A stretch of 64,000 nt of DNA from a virus (IMGVR_UViG_3300021962_000058:27150-91149), one strand, 5' to 3'; shown: positions 50,340 through 59,677, counted from the first letter of the stretch. Notes: generated by a model not told the origin, from the letters alone. Numbers and translations: made by a program.

Positions 50340-51803
50340 ATGTCACACTTGGTTATATCTAAAAAGAATGAGGTCTATCTTCAAGTAAAAGCAGAACCTC
50401 ACGTCTATTATGAACTTGCAGATCAGTTCACATTTGACGTACCAGGTGCCAAGTTTATGCCTCAGTTCCGTAACAGACACTGGGATGGAAAAATACGCTT
50501 GTTTAACACACAAACTGGTGAGATCTATGTTGGTCTTTTAGATAAGGTCACTCGTTTTTGTGAAAATCACGATTACACATATGAGTTCATAAACAATAAG
50601 TTTTATGGACTTCCTTTTGAGGTAAATGAACATATCTCAAAAGAAGGTGTAAAAGATTATATGACTTCTATTTGCAAGTATGCTCCCCGCGAGTACCAAG
50701 TTGAGGGAGTATACGACGCTTTAAGACATAATCGCAAGTTGCTGATATCTCCAACTGCTTCTGGAAAGTCGTTGATGATATATTCGATTGTCCGATATTA
50801 CGTTGAGAAAGGACAAAATACTCTGATAGTCGTTCCGACGACATCCCTTGTAGAGCAGATGTATAAAGACTTTGCAGATTATGGGTGGGATGTTGGTTCA
50901 TACTGCCACAAGATTTATGCGGGAAAAGAGAGAGAAACAGACTCTCAGGTAATCATCACAACCTGGCAGTCTATCTACAAACTTCCCCGTCAATACTTTT
51001 CAAGATTTAATGTGGTAGTTGGAGATGAAGCACACCAGTTCAAGTCTAAGTCATTAGTATCTATAATGACAAAACTTTCTGATGCAAAATATCGGTTTGG
51101 TTTTACTGGCACACTTGATGGTACACAAACTCATAAGTGGGTTCTAGAAGGTTTGTTTGGTCCTTCTTATAAGATCATCAGAACAGAAGAACTGATGCAG
51201 AAAGGACACGTTGCCAAACTGGATATCAATATACTTCTATTGAAACACCCACCGAATAAGTTTGAAACCTTTGAGGATGAGGTTCAATATATTATCAATC
51301 ACGAGAAACGTAACAAGTTTATTCGCAATCTTGCTCTTGATCTCAAAGGCAATACTCTAATTCTTTTTTCAAGAGTCGAAGGTCACGGTCAACCTTTGTA
51401 TGACCTCATAAATAAGAATATCGATGAAAATCGTCACGTGTTTTTTGTACACGGTGGAGTAGATACAGAGGACAGAGAAAAAGTTAGAGAAATTACCGAA
51501 AAAGAAAATAACGCAATCATTGTTGCTTCTTACGGAACTTTTTCTACGGGTATTAATATTAAAAACCTACACAATGTTATCTTTGCTTCTCCAAGTAAAT
51601 CAAGAATTAGAAATCTTCAATCAATTGGAAGAGTTCTAAGAAAAGGAGACAACAAGACAAAAGCGACTTTATATGATATTGCCGATGATATCAGTTATAA
51701 GTCAAGAAAAAATTATACACTCAATCATTTAATCGAGCGAATCAAAGTTTATAACGAAGAAAACTTTAACTATGATATTGTAAACATACCGCTAAAAAAC
51801 TAA
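50340..51803 (+). CDS. uvsW: UvsW RNA-DNA/DNA-DNA helicase (SF2)
   Basis: WDGKIRLF, SPTASGKS, GDEAH, GFTGT, LQSIGRVLR. Confidence 0.96.
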   Translation: MSHLVISKKNEVYLQVKAEPHVYYELADQFTFDVPGAKFMPQFRNRHWDGKIRLFNTQTGEIYVGLLDKVTRFCENHDYTYEFINNKFYGLPFEVNEHISKEGVKDYMTSICKYAPREYQVEGVYDALRHNRKLLISPTASGKSLMIYSIVRYYVEKGQNTLIVVPTTSLVEQMYKDFADYGWDVGSYCHKIYAGKERETDSQVIITTWQSIYKLPRQYFSRFNVVVGDEAHQFKSKSLVSIMTKLSDAKYRFGFTGTLDGTQTHKWVLEGLFGPSYKIIRTEELMQKGHVAKLDINILLLKHPPNKFETFEDEVQYIINHEKRNKFIRNLALDLKGNTLILFSRVEGHGQPLYDLINKNIDENRHVFFVHGGVDTEDREKVREITEKENNAIIVASYGTFSTGINIKNLHNVIFASPSKSRIRNLQSIGRVLRKGDNKTKATLYDIADDISYKSRKNYTLNHLIERIKVYNEENFNYDIVNIPLKN

Positions 51804-52216
51804 TGGGAGAAGAGTTTTACGCAGCAATCAAACTAGTAACAGGTGAAGAAATATTTTCTTTAATATGCGTTGATGATAACGATGGGGATCCTATTGTAAT
51901 ACTTCAAAATCCTGTCATAATGAAAGTTGTTACTAATCACATAGGACAGTACGTTAAAGTAAAACCTTGGATGGAAGTACCATCTGATGATTTCTTTATC
52001 ATTAAGTACGATAAGATCGTTACTATGACTGAAGTAAAAGAAAGTCAAATGATAACCTTTTACGAAAGATATATTAACGATGAAGATGTTGATATTGAAC
52101 TAGATGGTAAGGTTCAGATATCTGATAAAATGGGATATATCTCTTCTGTTGAAGATGCTAGAAAGACTTTGGAGAATATTTTCCGTAAAGATCTTAAAGA
52201 TAATAAAGAAAGCTAG
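51803..52216 (+). CDS. Conserved hypothetical protein (Sm-like fold pattern)
   Basis: IKLVTGEEI...LQNP...KPWM pattern; between uvsW and gp55. Confidence 0.7.
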   Translation: MGEEFYAAIKLVTGEEIFSLICVDDNDGDPIVILQNPVIMKVVTNHIGQYVKVKPWMEVPSDDFFIIKYDKIVTMTEVKESQMITFYERYINDEDVDIELDGKVQISDKMGYISSVEDARKTLENIFRKDLKDNKES

Positions 52217-52243
52217 ATTCTCATCTTCAACGGGAACAAACAT

Positions 52244-52272
52244 ATTCTAATCATAATTTCCAATGTTGTCAA
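52244..52272 (-). promoter_or_regulatory. Antisense sigma70-type promoter
   Basis: Minus strand reads TTGACA (52272-52267), 17 bp, TAGAAT (52249-52244). Confidence 0.6.
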
Positions 52273-52293
52273 GCCCCCAAAGTATGCTATAAT
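52266..52293 (+). promoter_or_regulatory. Sigma70-type promoter for gp55 (extended -10)
   Basis: TTGTCA (52266-52271), 16 bp, TGcTATAAT with TATAAT at 52288-52293. Confidence 0.7.
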
Positions 52294-52329
52294 GAACATA
52301 ACAAAAATTTATCTACTGAGACCGATGTT

Positions 52330-52854
52330 ATGTCCAAGAAGAAATCCGAACATTATGTAAATAACAAGGAGTTACTTGAAGCACTGATTGTTTATAGAAC
52401 AAAAGTTGAAAAGTCATACTTGAAGATTTACGATAAAGATCTTACAAAGCAACCAAAAGAAGAAAGAGCAAAGCACTGGGAAGGTAAACCACCGATCTCA
52501 AACTATCTGGGTGAATGTTTTCTTAAAATCGCTACACACCTCTCATACAAACCGAACTTTGTGAACTATATGTTTCGGGATGATATGATTTCTGATGGTA
52601 TTGAAAACTGCGTCCAGTATATTCATAACTTTGATCCAGAGAAGTCAAAGAATCCATTTGCTTATTTTACTCAAATCATTCACTACGCTTTTCTCCGTCG
52701 TATTCAGAAAGAGAAGAAGCAACTGGAAATCAAGACCAAGATTATCGAACGGACTGGTTTTGATGAGGTAATGATGGTTGACGACAGCTTGCTTTCTGGT
52801 AGCAGTTCCGACTATAATACGATCAAGGACAATATTGCTTACAAGAATCGATGA
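52330..52854 (+). CDS. gp55: Late transcription sigma factor gp55
   Basis: HYVNNKELL, NFVNYMFRDDMISDGIENC, NPFAYFTQI..YAFLRRI.KEKKQ. Confidence 0.96.
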   Translation: MSKKKSEHYVNNKELLEALIVYRTKVEKSYLKIYDKDLTKQPKEERAKHWEGKPPISNYLGECFLKIATHLSYKPNFVNYMFRDDMISDGIENCVQYIHNFDPEKSKNPFAYFTQIIHYAFLRRIQKEKKQLEIKTKIIERTGFDEVMMVDDSLLSGSSSDYNTIKDNIAYKNR

Positions 52855-53891
52855 AGGTTGCGATCATTACAGATCAGCATTTTGGTGCTAGGAAATCGTC
52901 CAAGTTTCTCCACGACTATTTTAAAAAGTTTTATGATACCGTTTTCTTTCCATATCTTGAAGAGAACAATATCAAAACTGTTGTTGATATGGGGGATACT
53001 TTTGATAACCGTAGATCAATTGATCTTTGGGCACTTGAATGGGCAAAAGAGAACTATTATGATCGCCTTCAACAAATGGGTGTGACGGTTCATACGATTG
53101 TCGGAAACCACACCGCATACTATAAGAATACTAACTCGGTCAATTCAGTAGGTCTTCTTCTCAAAGAATATGATAATATTAAAATCTATTCTGAAGTAGA
53201 AGAAGTTAAGTTAGATAAATTAAAAGTACTTTTTGTTCCATGGATTAATCAAGAAAATGAGGAGACTACTTTCAAATCTATTCAAAATACATCTTGCAAA
53301 TGCGCGATGGGGCACCTTGAACTCAACGGATTTAGAGCTCATCGCGGACACGTCATGGAAGACGGTATGGAGAGCGAACTATTTGAGAAGTTCGAACTTG
53401 TCTTCTCGGGACACTATCACACTCGATCGAACAACGGGAAAATCTACTATCTAGGAAATCCTTATGAGATGTTCTGGAATGATGTAAATGATACTCGCGG
53501 ATTTCATATCTTTGATACAGAAACATTAGGATTTGATCCGATCAATAATCCATATAAACTTTTTTACAACGTTTATTATGATGATACCCCATATCAAACA
53601 TTTGATACTCGTGAGTATGTCGGAAAAATTGTAAAGGTTATTGTAAAGAAAAAATCCGATCCGAAGAAGTTTGAAAAGTTTATTGATAAATTGTATTCAT
53701 CTGGAATTCAAGAACTCAAAATTGTAGAGAATTTTGAAATTCATATTGATGAAGATTTTGAAGTCGAAGAGTCTGAAAATACAATTTCTATTTTGAATAG
53801 ATATATTGATGAATCTGAGATTGATTGTGATAAATCAATCATCAAGGGTATTTTACAAAAGATATACTCACAAGCTTGCGAGGTTGAGTAA
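52851..53891 (+). CDS. gp47: Recombination endonuclease subunit gp47 (Mre11/SbcD-like)
   Basis: Phosphoesterase motifs DQHFG, GDTFD, GNH, GH and SGHYH. Confidence 0.95.
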   Translation: MKVAIITDQHFGARKSSKFLHDYFKKFYDTVFFPYLEENNIKTVVDMGDTFDNRRSIDLWALEWAKENYYDRLQQMGVTVHTIVGNHTAYYKNTNSVNSVGLLLKEYDNIKIYSEVEEVKLDKLKVLFVPWINQENEETTFKSIQNTSCKCAMGHLELNGFRAHRGHVMEDGMESELFEKFELVFSGHYHTRSNNGKIYYLGNPYEMFWNDVNDTRGFHIFDTETLGFDPINNPYKLFYNVYYDDTPYQTFDTREYVGKIVKVIVKKKSDPKKFEKFIDKLYSSGIQELKIVENFEIHIDEDFEVEESENTISILNRYIDESEIDCDKSIIKGILQKIYSQACEVE

Positions 53892-54178
53892 TGTTTCTTC
53901 TGACTCTTAAAGATCAAAAAGAAGACGGGGCATACGCTGTTCAAAACAGATACGGGGAAAAAGTTCTTTTCCTCTTTGAAGAAGAAGATGATGCCGTTCG
54001 CTATGCTTTGATGCTTGAAGATCAGGAAGATACAGAAATGGATGTTGTAGAGGTTGATGATGCCCTTGCAATAATGACCTGTAAGAGGTATAATTACAAA
54101 TATGCCGTCGTTACAGCAAACGATATTGTTATTCCCCCTAAACTGAATGATAACCTTTCAAAAGATCCGTTGGCGTAA
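53891..54178 (+). CDS. Small acidic hypothetical protein
   Basis: 95 aa; GAYAV...LFLFEEEDDA.RYA; coupled between gp47 and gp46. Confidence 0.75.
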   Translation: MFLLTLKDQKEDGAYAVQNRYGEKVLFLFEEEDDAVRYALMLEDQEDTEMDVVEVDDALAIMTCKRYNYKYAVVTANDIVIPPKLNDNLSKDPLA

Positions 54179-55874
54179 TTTTCTTTCTACTGGAAACAGT
54201 TTTACAGAAGTTGATTTCCAAAGTAATCACACAAATCTTATTATTGGAACGAACGGAGCTGGTAAATCCACTATTCTGGATGCTTTGACTTTTGTTCTGT
54301 TTAATAAACCATTCAGGAAGATTAATAAACCTCAACTTGTAAATACAACTAATGAGCGTGAATGTGTTGTAGAAGTTGAGTTTACAATTAATACTCGTCA
54401 GTACCTTGTTCGTCGTGGTATTAAACCGTCTGTTTTTGATATCATTGTAAATGGTACTCCAATGCATCGTGAAGCAGATGATCGTGCGATGCAGCGTATT
54501 CTTGAAGAAAGTATTCTCAAACTTAATTACAAATCTTTTACTCAGATTGTAATTCTTGGTAGCAGTACTTTTGTTCCATTTATGCAACTTACGACATCGA
54601 ATCGTCGTGAGGTGATCGAAGATCTTTTGGATATTCGTGTATTCTCTGCAATGAATAACCTTGTAAAGGATAAACTTCGTGAAAAGAAAGAGCAAGTTAA
54701 ATCTCTGGATTTGAGAAAAGATAATATTAAAGATAAGATGAAGATGCAAGAAGACTTCATCGAAGAACTTGAAAATCGTGGTAATGCTAATATTAATACA
54801 AATAGAGAAAAGATTACCAATTTAGATTCTGAGATTCAAATTTACATTTCTCAAAATTCTAAAACAGAAAAAGAAGTCTTCGAGTTAACAAAAGATCAAG
54901 AAGAGGTAATCGGTGCTGGTGATAAGTTAGTAAAATTAAACAATCTAAAAGGTAAAATCTCCCAGAAAGTATCTGCTATTACCAAAGAACATAAGTTTTT
55001 TACTGAAAATACGGTATGCCCTACTTGTACTCAAACCATTGAAGAAGAGTTTCGGTTAAATAGAATTACCGACGCTCAAAATAAGGCAAAGGAACTTAAA
55101 GATGGTTATGAAGAACTTGAACAAACAATAAAGTTCGAACAGGAGCGAGAGCGTCAATTCAACGCACTTTCCAAGGAGATTACGAAACTCAACCATGAGA
55201 TTTCTCAAAACAATACTCGGATATCACTTAACCAGCGACAAATCCGAGATCTTGAAAATGAAATTCAAACTATTACCCAAAACCTTGCAAACCGAAATAC
55301 TGAGCATGAGAAGTTAGAAGAATTTCGCTCCAATCTCCAAAAAACATTTGAAGAATTAGCAAAGAAAAAAGAAGAAATCGTTTATTACGATTTTGCCTAT
55401 TCCTTACTCAAGGACGATGGCGTTAAAACGAAGATAATTAAGAAGTATCTTCCGTTCATAAATCAGCAGGTGAATCGTTACCTTCAGATGATGGACTTTT
55501 ATATTAATTTCAATCTGGATGAAGAGTTTAACGAAACGGTAAAATCACCCATTCACGAAGACTTTTCTTATAGTTCATTCAGTGAGGGTGAGAAAATGAG
55601 AATCGACCTTGCCCTTCTCTTTACTTGGAGAGAAGTCGCCAGAGTAAAAAACTCCGTCAATACCAATCTGCTGATTATGGATGAGGTCTTTGATTCTTCG
55701 CTTGATGGTTTCGGAACCGATGAGTTCTTGAAGATTATCCGTTATGTCATTAAGGATGCTAATATCTTTGTGATCTCTCATAAGTCAGACCTGCATGACA
55801 AATTTGAAAGTGTCATAAGGTTTGAAAAAGTCAAAGGTTTTTCTCGTATGCTGTCCCCACAAGCACAAGACTAA
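54147..55874 (+). CDS. gp46: Recombination endonuclease ATPase subunit gp46 (Rad50/SbcC-like)
   Basis: Walker A GTNGAGKS, Zn hook CPTC, signature FSEGE, Walker B LLIMDEVFD. Confidence 0.96.
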   Translation: MITFQKIRWRNFLSTGNSFTEVDFQSNHTNLIIGTNGAGKSTILDALTFVLFNKPFRKINKPQLVNTTNERECVVEVEFTINTRQYLVRRGIKPSVFDIIVNGTPMHREADDRAMQRILEESILKLNYKSFTQIVILGSSTFVPFMQLTTSNRREVIEDLLDIRVFSAMNNLVKDKLREKKEQVKSLDLRKDNIKDKMKMQEDFIEELENRGNANINTNREKITNLDSEIQIYISQNSKTEKEVFELTKDQEEVIGAGDKLVKLNNLKGKISQKVSAITKEHKFFTENTVCPTCTQTIEEEFRLNRITDAQNKAKELKDGYEELEQTIKFEQERERQFNALSKEITKLNHEISQNNTRISLNQRQIRDLENEIQTITQNLANRNTEHEKLEEFRSNLQKTFEELAKKKEEIVYYDFAYSLLKDDGVKTKIIKKYLPFINQQVNRYLQMMDFYINFNLDEEFNETVKSPIHEDFSYSSFSEGEKMRIDLALLFTWREVARVKNSVNTNLLIMDEVFDSSLDGFGTDEFLKIIRYVIKDANIFVISHKSDLHDKFESVIRFEKVKGFSRMLSPQAQD

Positions 55875-56020
55875 TGCAAGTCCCAAATCGCTATCATCAT
55901 TCAAAGAAGGAGCAAAAGCGAAAACTGAAACCGCAAGCACTCCGACAAGCAAAGGCACGACGCCAAGCACTCAAGAACCGCCTCTCACGGGGCGGTTCTT
56001 CTTTTTTGATAAATATCTAA
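55874..56020 (+). CDS. Small basic protein (48 aa), not in ORF track
   Basis: MQVPNRYHHSKKEQKRKLKPQALRQAKARRQALKNRLSRGGSSFLINI*; ATG overlaps the gp46 stop (TAATG). Confidence 0.65.
   Translation: MQVPNRYHHSKKEQKRKLKPQALRQAKARRQALKNRLSRGGSSFLINI
55973..56007 (+). terminator. Intrinsic terminator inside the 3' end of the small basic ORF
   Basis: AAGAACCGCC pairs perfectly with GGCGGTTCTT (10 bp), followed by CTTTTTT. Confidence 0.85.
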
Positions 56021-56036
56021 AAAGTATCTTTCAAAG

Positions 56037-58160
56037 ATGAGCGACGAAAATTATAAGGGTTTACAAGAAGCATATAATTCAATTTACGAAGCATTAAATG
56101 ATCAGTCTGAATTGGACAATCTTCGTAAAGCATCTGCTCAGGCAACGATGGCAGGTCCATCAAAAGAAGCACAAGCATTGATGAGTGATAGAACAAAGAG
56201 AATGCTTGGTGCAGATAAATTAAAGGCAGGTATTGCTGGACAAGAGAGAGTGCAGAGAATGATGAGTGGTGCTCCAGAACCAACTGCACCAAAACCATCC
56301 TCAACTACATCAGCACCAGCACCATCATCGACAAGACCATCCACAACAATTCAACCAGGAACTTTTGGTACAACGATGGGACCTGGACCCACATTTAGAG
56401 GTGGACCTGTTCCTCCTCCAATTGTAAATCGTAATGCTATTCAACCCACTGATTGGGGATCTATAAAGTCTCCTACTTCAACTCAACAGACACAAACCCC
56501 ACAGGCACCAAAACCTCCTGTTCCTGATAGAAGTGCAGATTATCAAAAAGCTTGGAATAATCGTAACAATCCAATTGCTAAGGGGCAAATAAGAAATACC
56601 TGGAATCAAATGTCGCCAGAAGAAAAGGCAGCGGCAAAAGAATGGGCAAAGGCAAATAACAAGAACTGGCAAGAAATGGGTCTTCCAGAAAGTGTTAATC
56701 TCTATGATCAAGTTCTAGAAATTCTTCTTGATGAAGGTTATACTGAGCAAGAGAGCAACCAAATTATGGTTGAACTTGTAAATGAAGCGGCTTGGAATGA
56801 TTTTCTTAAAGCAGTTCAGAGTAGAACTGGAATTGGAAAACCTGGTGTTGGACCTGGACAAGTTGCTAAAAATGTTTTAAGAGCAGGGATATCTGATATT
56901 CTTGGAACATCTATTGGAGCAGGATCTGCACCATCTGCATCTGCACCAGTAAAGGCACCAACTGTAAGAACTCAGTCACCTGCACCAATTGTTAGAACAT
57001 CCACTGCAAAAATAAGAACCGCTCCAAAAGGAGCAAACATTGCTCCCGATCCTTGGAAAGGTGGAACAACTGGAAATAAAATAAATGATATTACTCAAAA
57101 ACCAACTGCAAAACCAACTACTACAAGAGCACTAACTGGATCTTCTGGACCTAATGTTCGTGGAGCATTACCATCTTCGTCTAGTTCTGCTCGTGGTGGT
57201 GCTATAACTCCTACTGCTAAACCTGGATCTGTAACTCCTGCTGCCAAACCAGTTAGTGGAAAACCTGTAAGTACAAGAATTCAACCAGTAACTGTTAGAG
57301 AAATTCCAAGTTCATCAAAAGGTCTACCAGGATCTAATGTTCGTGGACTGCTACCACAAGGTGTGAGAAATGTTCTTCCAGATCCATGGAAACAAGCTTC
57401 TGATACTATTTCTGGTGCTAGAAACTTGTGGAGTAGAGTTCAACAAGCAACTAAACCACAAGCACAATTAAAACCAACACAGACTAATGTTCGTGGATTG
57501 TTACCAGCAGCAAAACCAACACCATCAACTCAGGCAGCAAAACCTGCAACCTCAGTAAGATCTCAACAGTTCCAAGATGTTCAGAGATTGAATAGAATGA
57601 CTGGTGGTGGTTTAATGGGAGAACTTCCAAGTACAAAACCAGCATCTAAACCTGCTCCTAAATCAACTCGTGTTGATAAGTTGGCACCAAAACCAGCAAA
57701 AGCAACAAAACCAGCAGTAAAACCACAAACTCCTGGCGGTGGTTCTAAGATTCTTCAAGGACTTGGAACACTTGCTTCACTTAGAAATCTTACGCCACTT
57801 GGAGTTGCCGCTGCTGTAATGGCACCTAGACCAACTGCTGATGGTACTTTAACTGCTGCTATGAAGCGTGGTGATGTTGCTCCACCTGCACCAAAACTTC
57901 CTGCACCAGCAAAACCTGCTGCTGCTAAACCAGCATCTAAACCAGCATCTAAACCAGCATCTAAACCAGCATCTAAACCTGCTGTTAAATCTACTGTTAC
58001 TAAACCAGCATCTAAACCTGCTGCTAAACCAGCAGCACCAGTTGATACAGATCTTCAAAAATATGATGAATTAAGAAAAACTGATCCTGCAAAAGCAAAG
58101 GAATTGGGAACTAAGATTTGGCTTAGAAAGTATGGTATTCCTGGATCAGATTACGCATAA
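56037..58160 (+). CDS. Pro/Ala/Lys/Thr-rich low-complexity protein with 'EAY' leader and 'EGY' domain
   Basis: 707 aa; ATAAATA at 56009-56015; KPAS repeats; NVRG(A/L)LP three times. Confidence 0.8.
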   Translation: MSDENYKGLQEAYNSIYEALNDQSELDNLRKASAQATMAGPSKEAQALMSDRTKRMLGADKLKAGIAGQERVQRMMSGAPEPTAPKPSSTTSAPAPSSTRPSTTIQPGTFGTTMGPGPTFRGGPVPPPIVNRNAIQPTDWGSIKSPTSTQQTQTPQAPKPPVPDRSADYQKAWNNRNNPIAKGQIRNTWNQMSPEEKAAAKEWAKANNKNWQEMGLPESVNLYDQVLEILLDEGYTEQESNQIMVELVNEAAWNDFLKAVQSRTGIGKPGVGPGQVAKNVLRAGISDILGTSIGAGSAPSASAPVKAPTVRTQSPAPIVRTSTAKIRTAPKGANIAPDPWKGGTTGNKINDITQKPTAKPTTTRALTGSSGPNVRGALPSSSSSARGGAITPTAKPGSVTPAAKPVSGKPVSTRIQPVTVREIPSSSKGLPGSNVRGLLPQGVRNVLPDPWKQASDTISGARNLWSRVQQATKPQAQLKPTQTNVRGLLPAAKPTPSTQAAKPATSVRSQQFQDVQRLNRMTGGGLMGELPSTKPASKPAPKSTRVDKLAPKPAKATKPAVKPQTPGGGSKILQGLGTLASLRNLTPLGVAAAVMAPRPTADGTLTAAMKRGDVAPPAPKLPAPAKPAAAKPASKPASKPASKPASKPAVKSTVTKPASKPAAKPAAPVDTDLQKYDELRKTDPAKAKELGTKIWLRKYGIPGSDYA
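57927..57974 (+). repeat. Coding tandem repeat (AAACCAGCATCT)x4 encoding KPAS
   Basis: Four perfect 12-bp copies with degenerate copies nearby. Confidence 0.95.
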
Positions 58161-58161
58161 C

Positions 58162-58169
58162 TATAAATA
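58162..58169 (+). promoter_or_regulatory. T4-type late promoter TATAAATA
   Basis: Exact consensus upstream of the ORF at 58190. Confidence 0.75.
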
Positions 58170-58189
58170 ACTAAAAAACTATTGGTAAA

Positions 58190-58999
58190 ATGGAAGCAAA
58201 ACTAGTAAAAGACCTGATGGAGGCGTATGCTTCCGTTTATGCTCAACCAGAAGAAGTCATTGCTGAATCTGATTGTGAGTGTGAGGATGAGGAAAAGTCT
58301 GAAAAAGAGACTCCTGAAATGAATGGTAAGAAGAAAGGAAAGAAGGAAAAAGAAGATGAAGATGAAATGAAAGAAGGATATATCTCCGAAGATCCTGTTC
58401 AAGATTATCGTGATATGAAGAGGGCAAAGGAAAATGCTGCTGGAATGAGAGGTTCTGAATTAAGTCATTCCACTAATTCTACGGGTGGTGGATCTGCTAA
58501 ACAAAAACCTCAGAAACCAGAACCAAGAAGTAGAGAGTTTTCTCACGGTGGTAGTTCTCAACCAAGAAGTAGAGAGTTTGCTCGTGAAGAAGTAGAAACT
58601 GATCTCTTTGATATTATTCTTGAGTATCTGGTTGCCGAAGGTTATGCCGATACTAATCAATCAGCTCTTGTCATTATGGCAAATATGAGTGAGGATTGGA
58701 GACAGAATATTGTTGAGACTATTGCTGGTGGAGGATATACTCCAAATCCAGTTGGAAATGCAATCAGAACTGGTGCTGGACTTCTCCAAAAGGCAATGAG
58801 TAATCCATCAGTTCAAGGTGCAATTAAAACTGGTTCTGAAATGTTAAAAAAGAAAGCACCAACTGGTGGATATAGCACCCGTCCTGGTGACGGAAAACCA
58901 TATGCAGATGGTCCTCTCTGGGGTCCTGGTTCTGGTGATGCACCAAAACAACCACAAAGAAAACCACAAGCACCTATGAGAGACGAACCTCTCTGGTGA
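58190..58999 (+). CDS. Hypothetical protein with 'EAY' leader and 'EGYA' domain
   Basis: MEAKLVKDLMEAYASVY; DLFDIILEYLVAEGYADTNQSALVIMANMSEDWRQNIVE. Confidence 0.8.
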   Translation: MEAKLVKDLMEAYASVYAQPEEVIAESDCECEDEEKSEKETPEMNGKKKGKKEKEDEDEMKEGYISEDPVQDYRDMKRAKENAAGMRGSELSHSTNSTGGGSAKQKPQKPEPRSREFSHGGSSQPRSREFAREEVETDLFDIILEYLVAEGYADTNQSALVIMANMSEDWRQNIVETIAGGGYTPNPVGNAIRTGAGLLQKAMSNPSVQGAIKTGSEMLKKKAPTGGYSTRPGDGKPYADGPLWGPGSGDAPKQPQRKPQAPMRDEPLW

Positions 59000-59022
59000 T
59001 TGATTAAATAAATTTCATTTTT

Positions 59023-59048
59023 GGAGGTCATATGACCTCTTTTTTTTT
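59023..59048 (+). terminator. Intrinsic terminator
   Basis: GAGGTC-ATAT-GACCTC followed by a long T tract; ATAAATA follows at 59050-59056. Confidence 0.8.
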
Positions 59049-59075
59049 AATAAATAACTAAAAAACTATAACAAA

Positions 59076-59600
59076 ATGGAATCAAAAGAAGTTAGAGGTT
59101 TGATGGAAGCATATTCTTCCGTTTATGAGCAGAGTATGCTTGATACTGTCGTTGATACTGCTACCAGTGCTGTAAAACCACCAGTTCAGAGACAGGCAAA
59201 TAAAAAATATGGTCCTCTTGGTGGATATGTTGCCGGTAGAGAAGTTGATAAAATTGGCAATCAGGTAAAAAGTGGAGATTATGGTGGCGCTTTAAACCGT
59301 GCAGTACAGGGCGCTGGAAAATTGTTTAACTCTGTTGATATGTTTGACATTGTAAAAGGACACCTTCTCGACGAAGGTTATGCAGATACCGAAGAAGCAG
59401 CTCTTGCTATTATGGCGAATATGAGTAAAGAGTGGAAGAAGAGTATTGTTGAGCAAGCAAAGGATGACTTGGAATCACCAGATTACAAGAGAGCAAAGGG
59501 GATTGTGAATAAAGGAGGATCAGGAAATGCGGGTGGCACATACAAAGGTGACAAACCAGGTTATGATCCGATCACTGGAATTCGTTTAAAGGGAGTCTGA
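59076..59600 (+). CDS. Hypothetical protein with 'EAY' leader and 'EGYA' domain
   Basis: MESKEVRGLMEAYSSVYE; DMFDIVKGHLLDEGYADTEEAALAIMANMSKEWKKSIVE. Confidence 0.8.
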   Translation: MESKEVRGLMEAYSSVYEQSMLDTVVDTATSAVKPPVQRQANKKYGPLGGYVAGREVDKIGNQVKSGDYGGALNRAVQGAGKLFNSVDMFDIVKGHLLDEGYADTEEAALAIMANMSKEWKKSIVEQAKDDLESPDYKRAKGIVNKGGSGNAGGTYKGDKPGYDPITGIRLKGV

Positions 59601-59656
59601 CCCACTTCCCAAACTGGCACATAAGAGGGTCTCACCACCCTCTTTTTTTGTATAAT
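59597..59656 (+). promoter_or_regulatory. Box + hairpin + TATAAT element, copy 1
   Basis: CAAACTGGCACA box, AAGAGGGT/ACCCTCTT hairpin with T tract, TATAAT at 59651-59656. Confidence 0.65.
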
Positions 59657-59677
59657 GATTTCATACGCATCAGACCT

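Noticed and set aside
37244-55874. Inteins in gp17, gp20, UvsW or gp46
   Set aside because: Lengths are normal for these families and no C...HN-[CST] splice junction motifs were seen.
55785-56040. Track ORFs 55822..56040 (+) and 55785..55970 (-)
   Set aside because: They overlap gp46 without good starts; the TAATG-coupled frame at 55874 is more plausible.
57927-57974. CRISPR-like array
   Set aside because: 12-bp head-to-tail coding repeats with no spacers and no cas genes.
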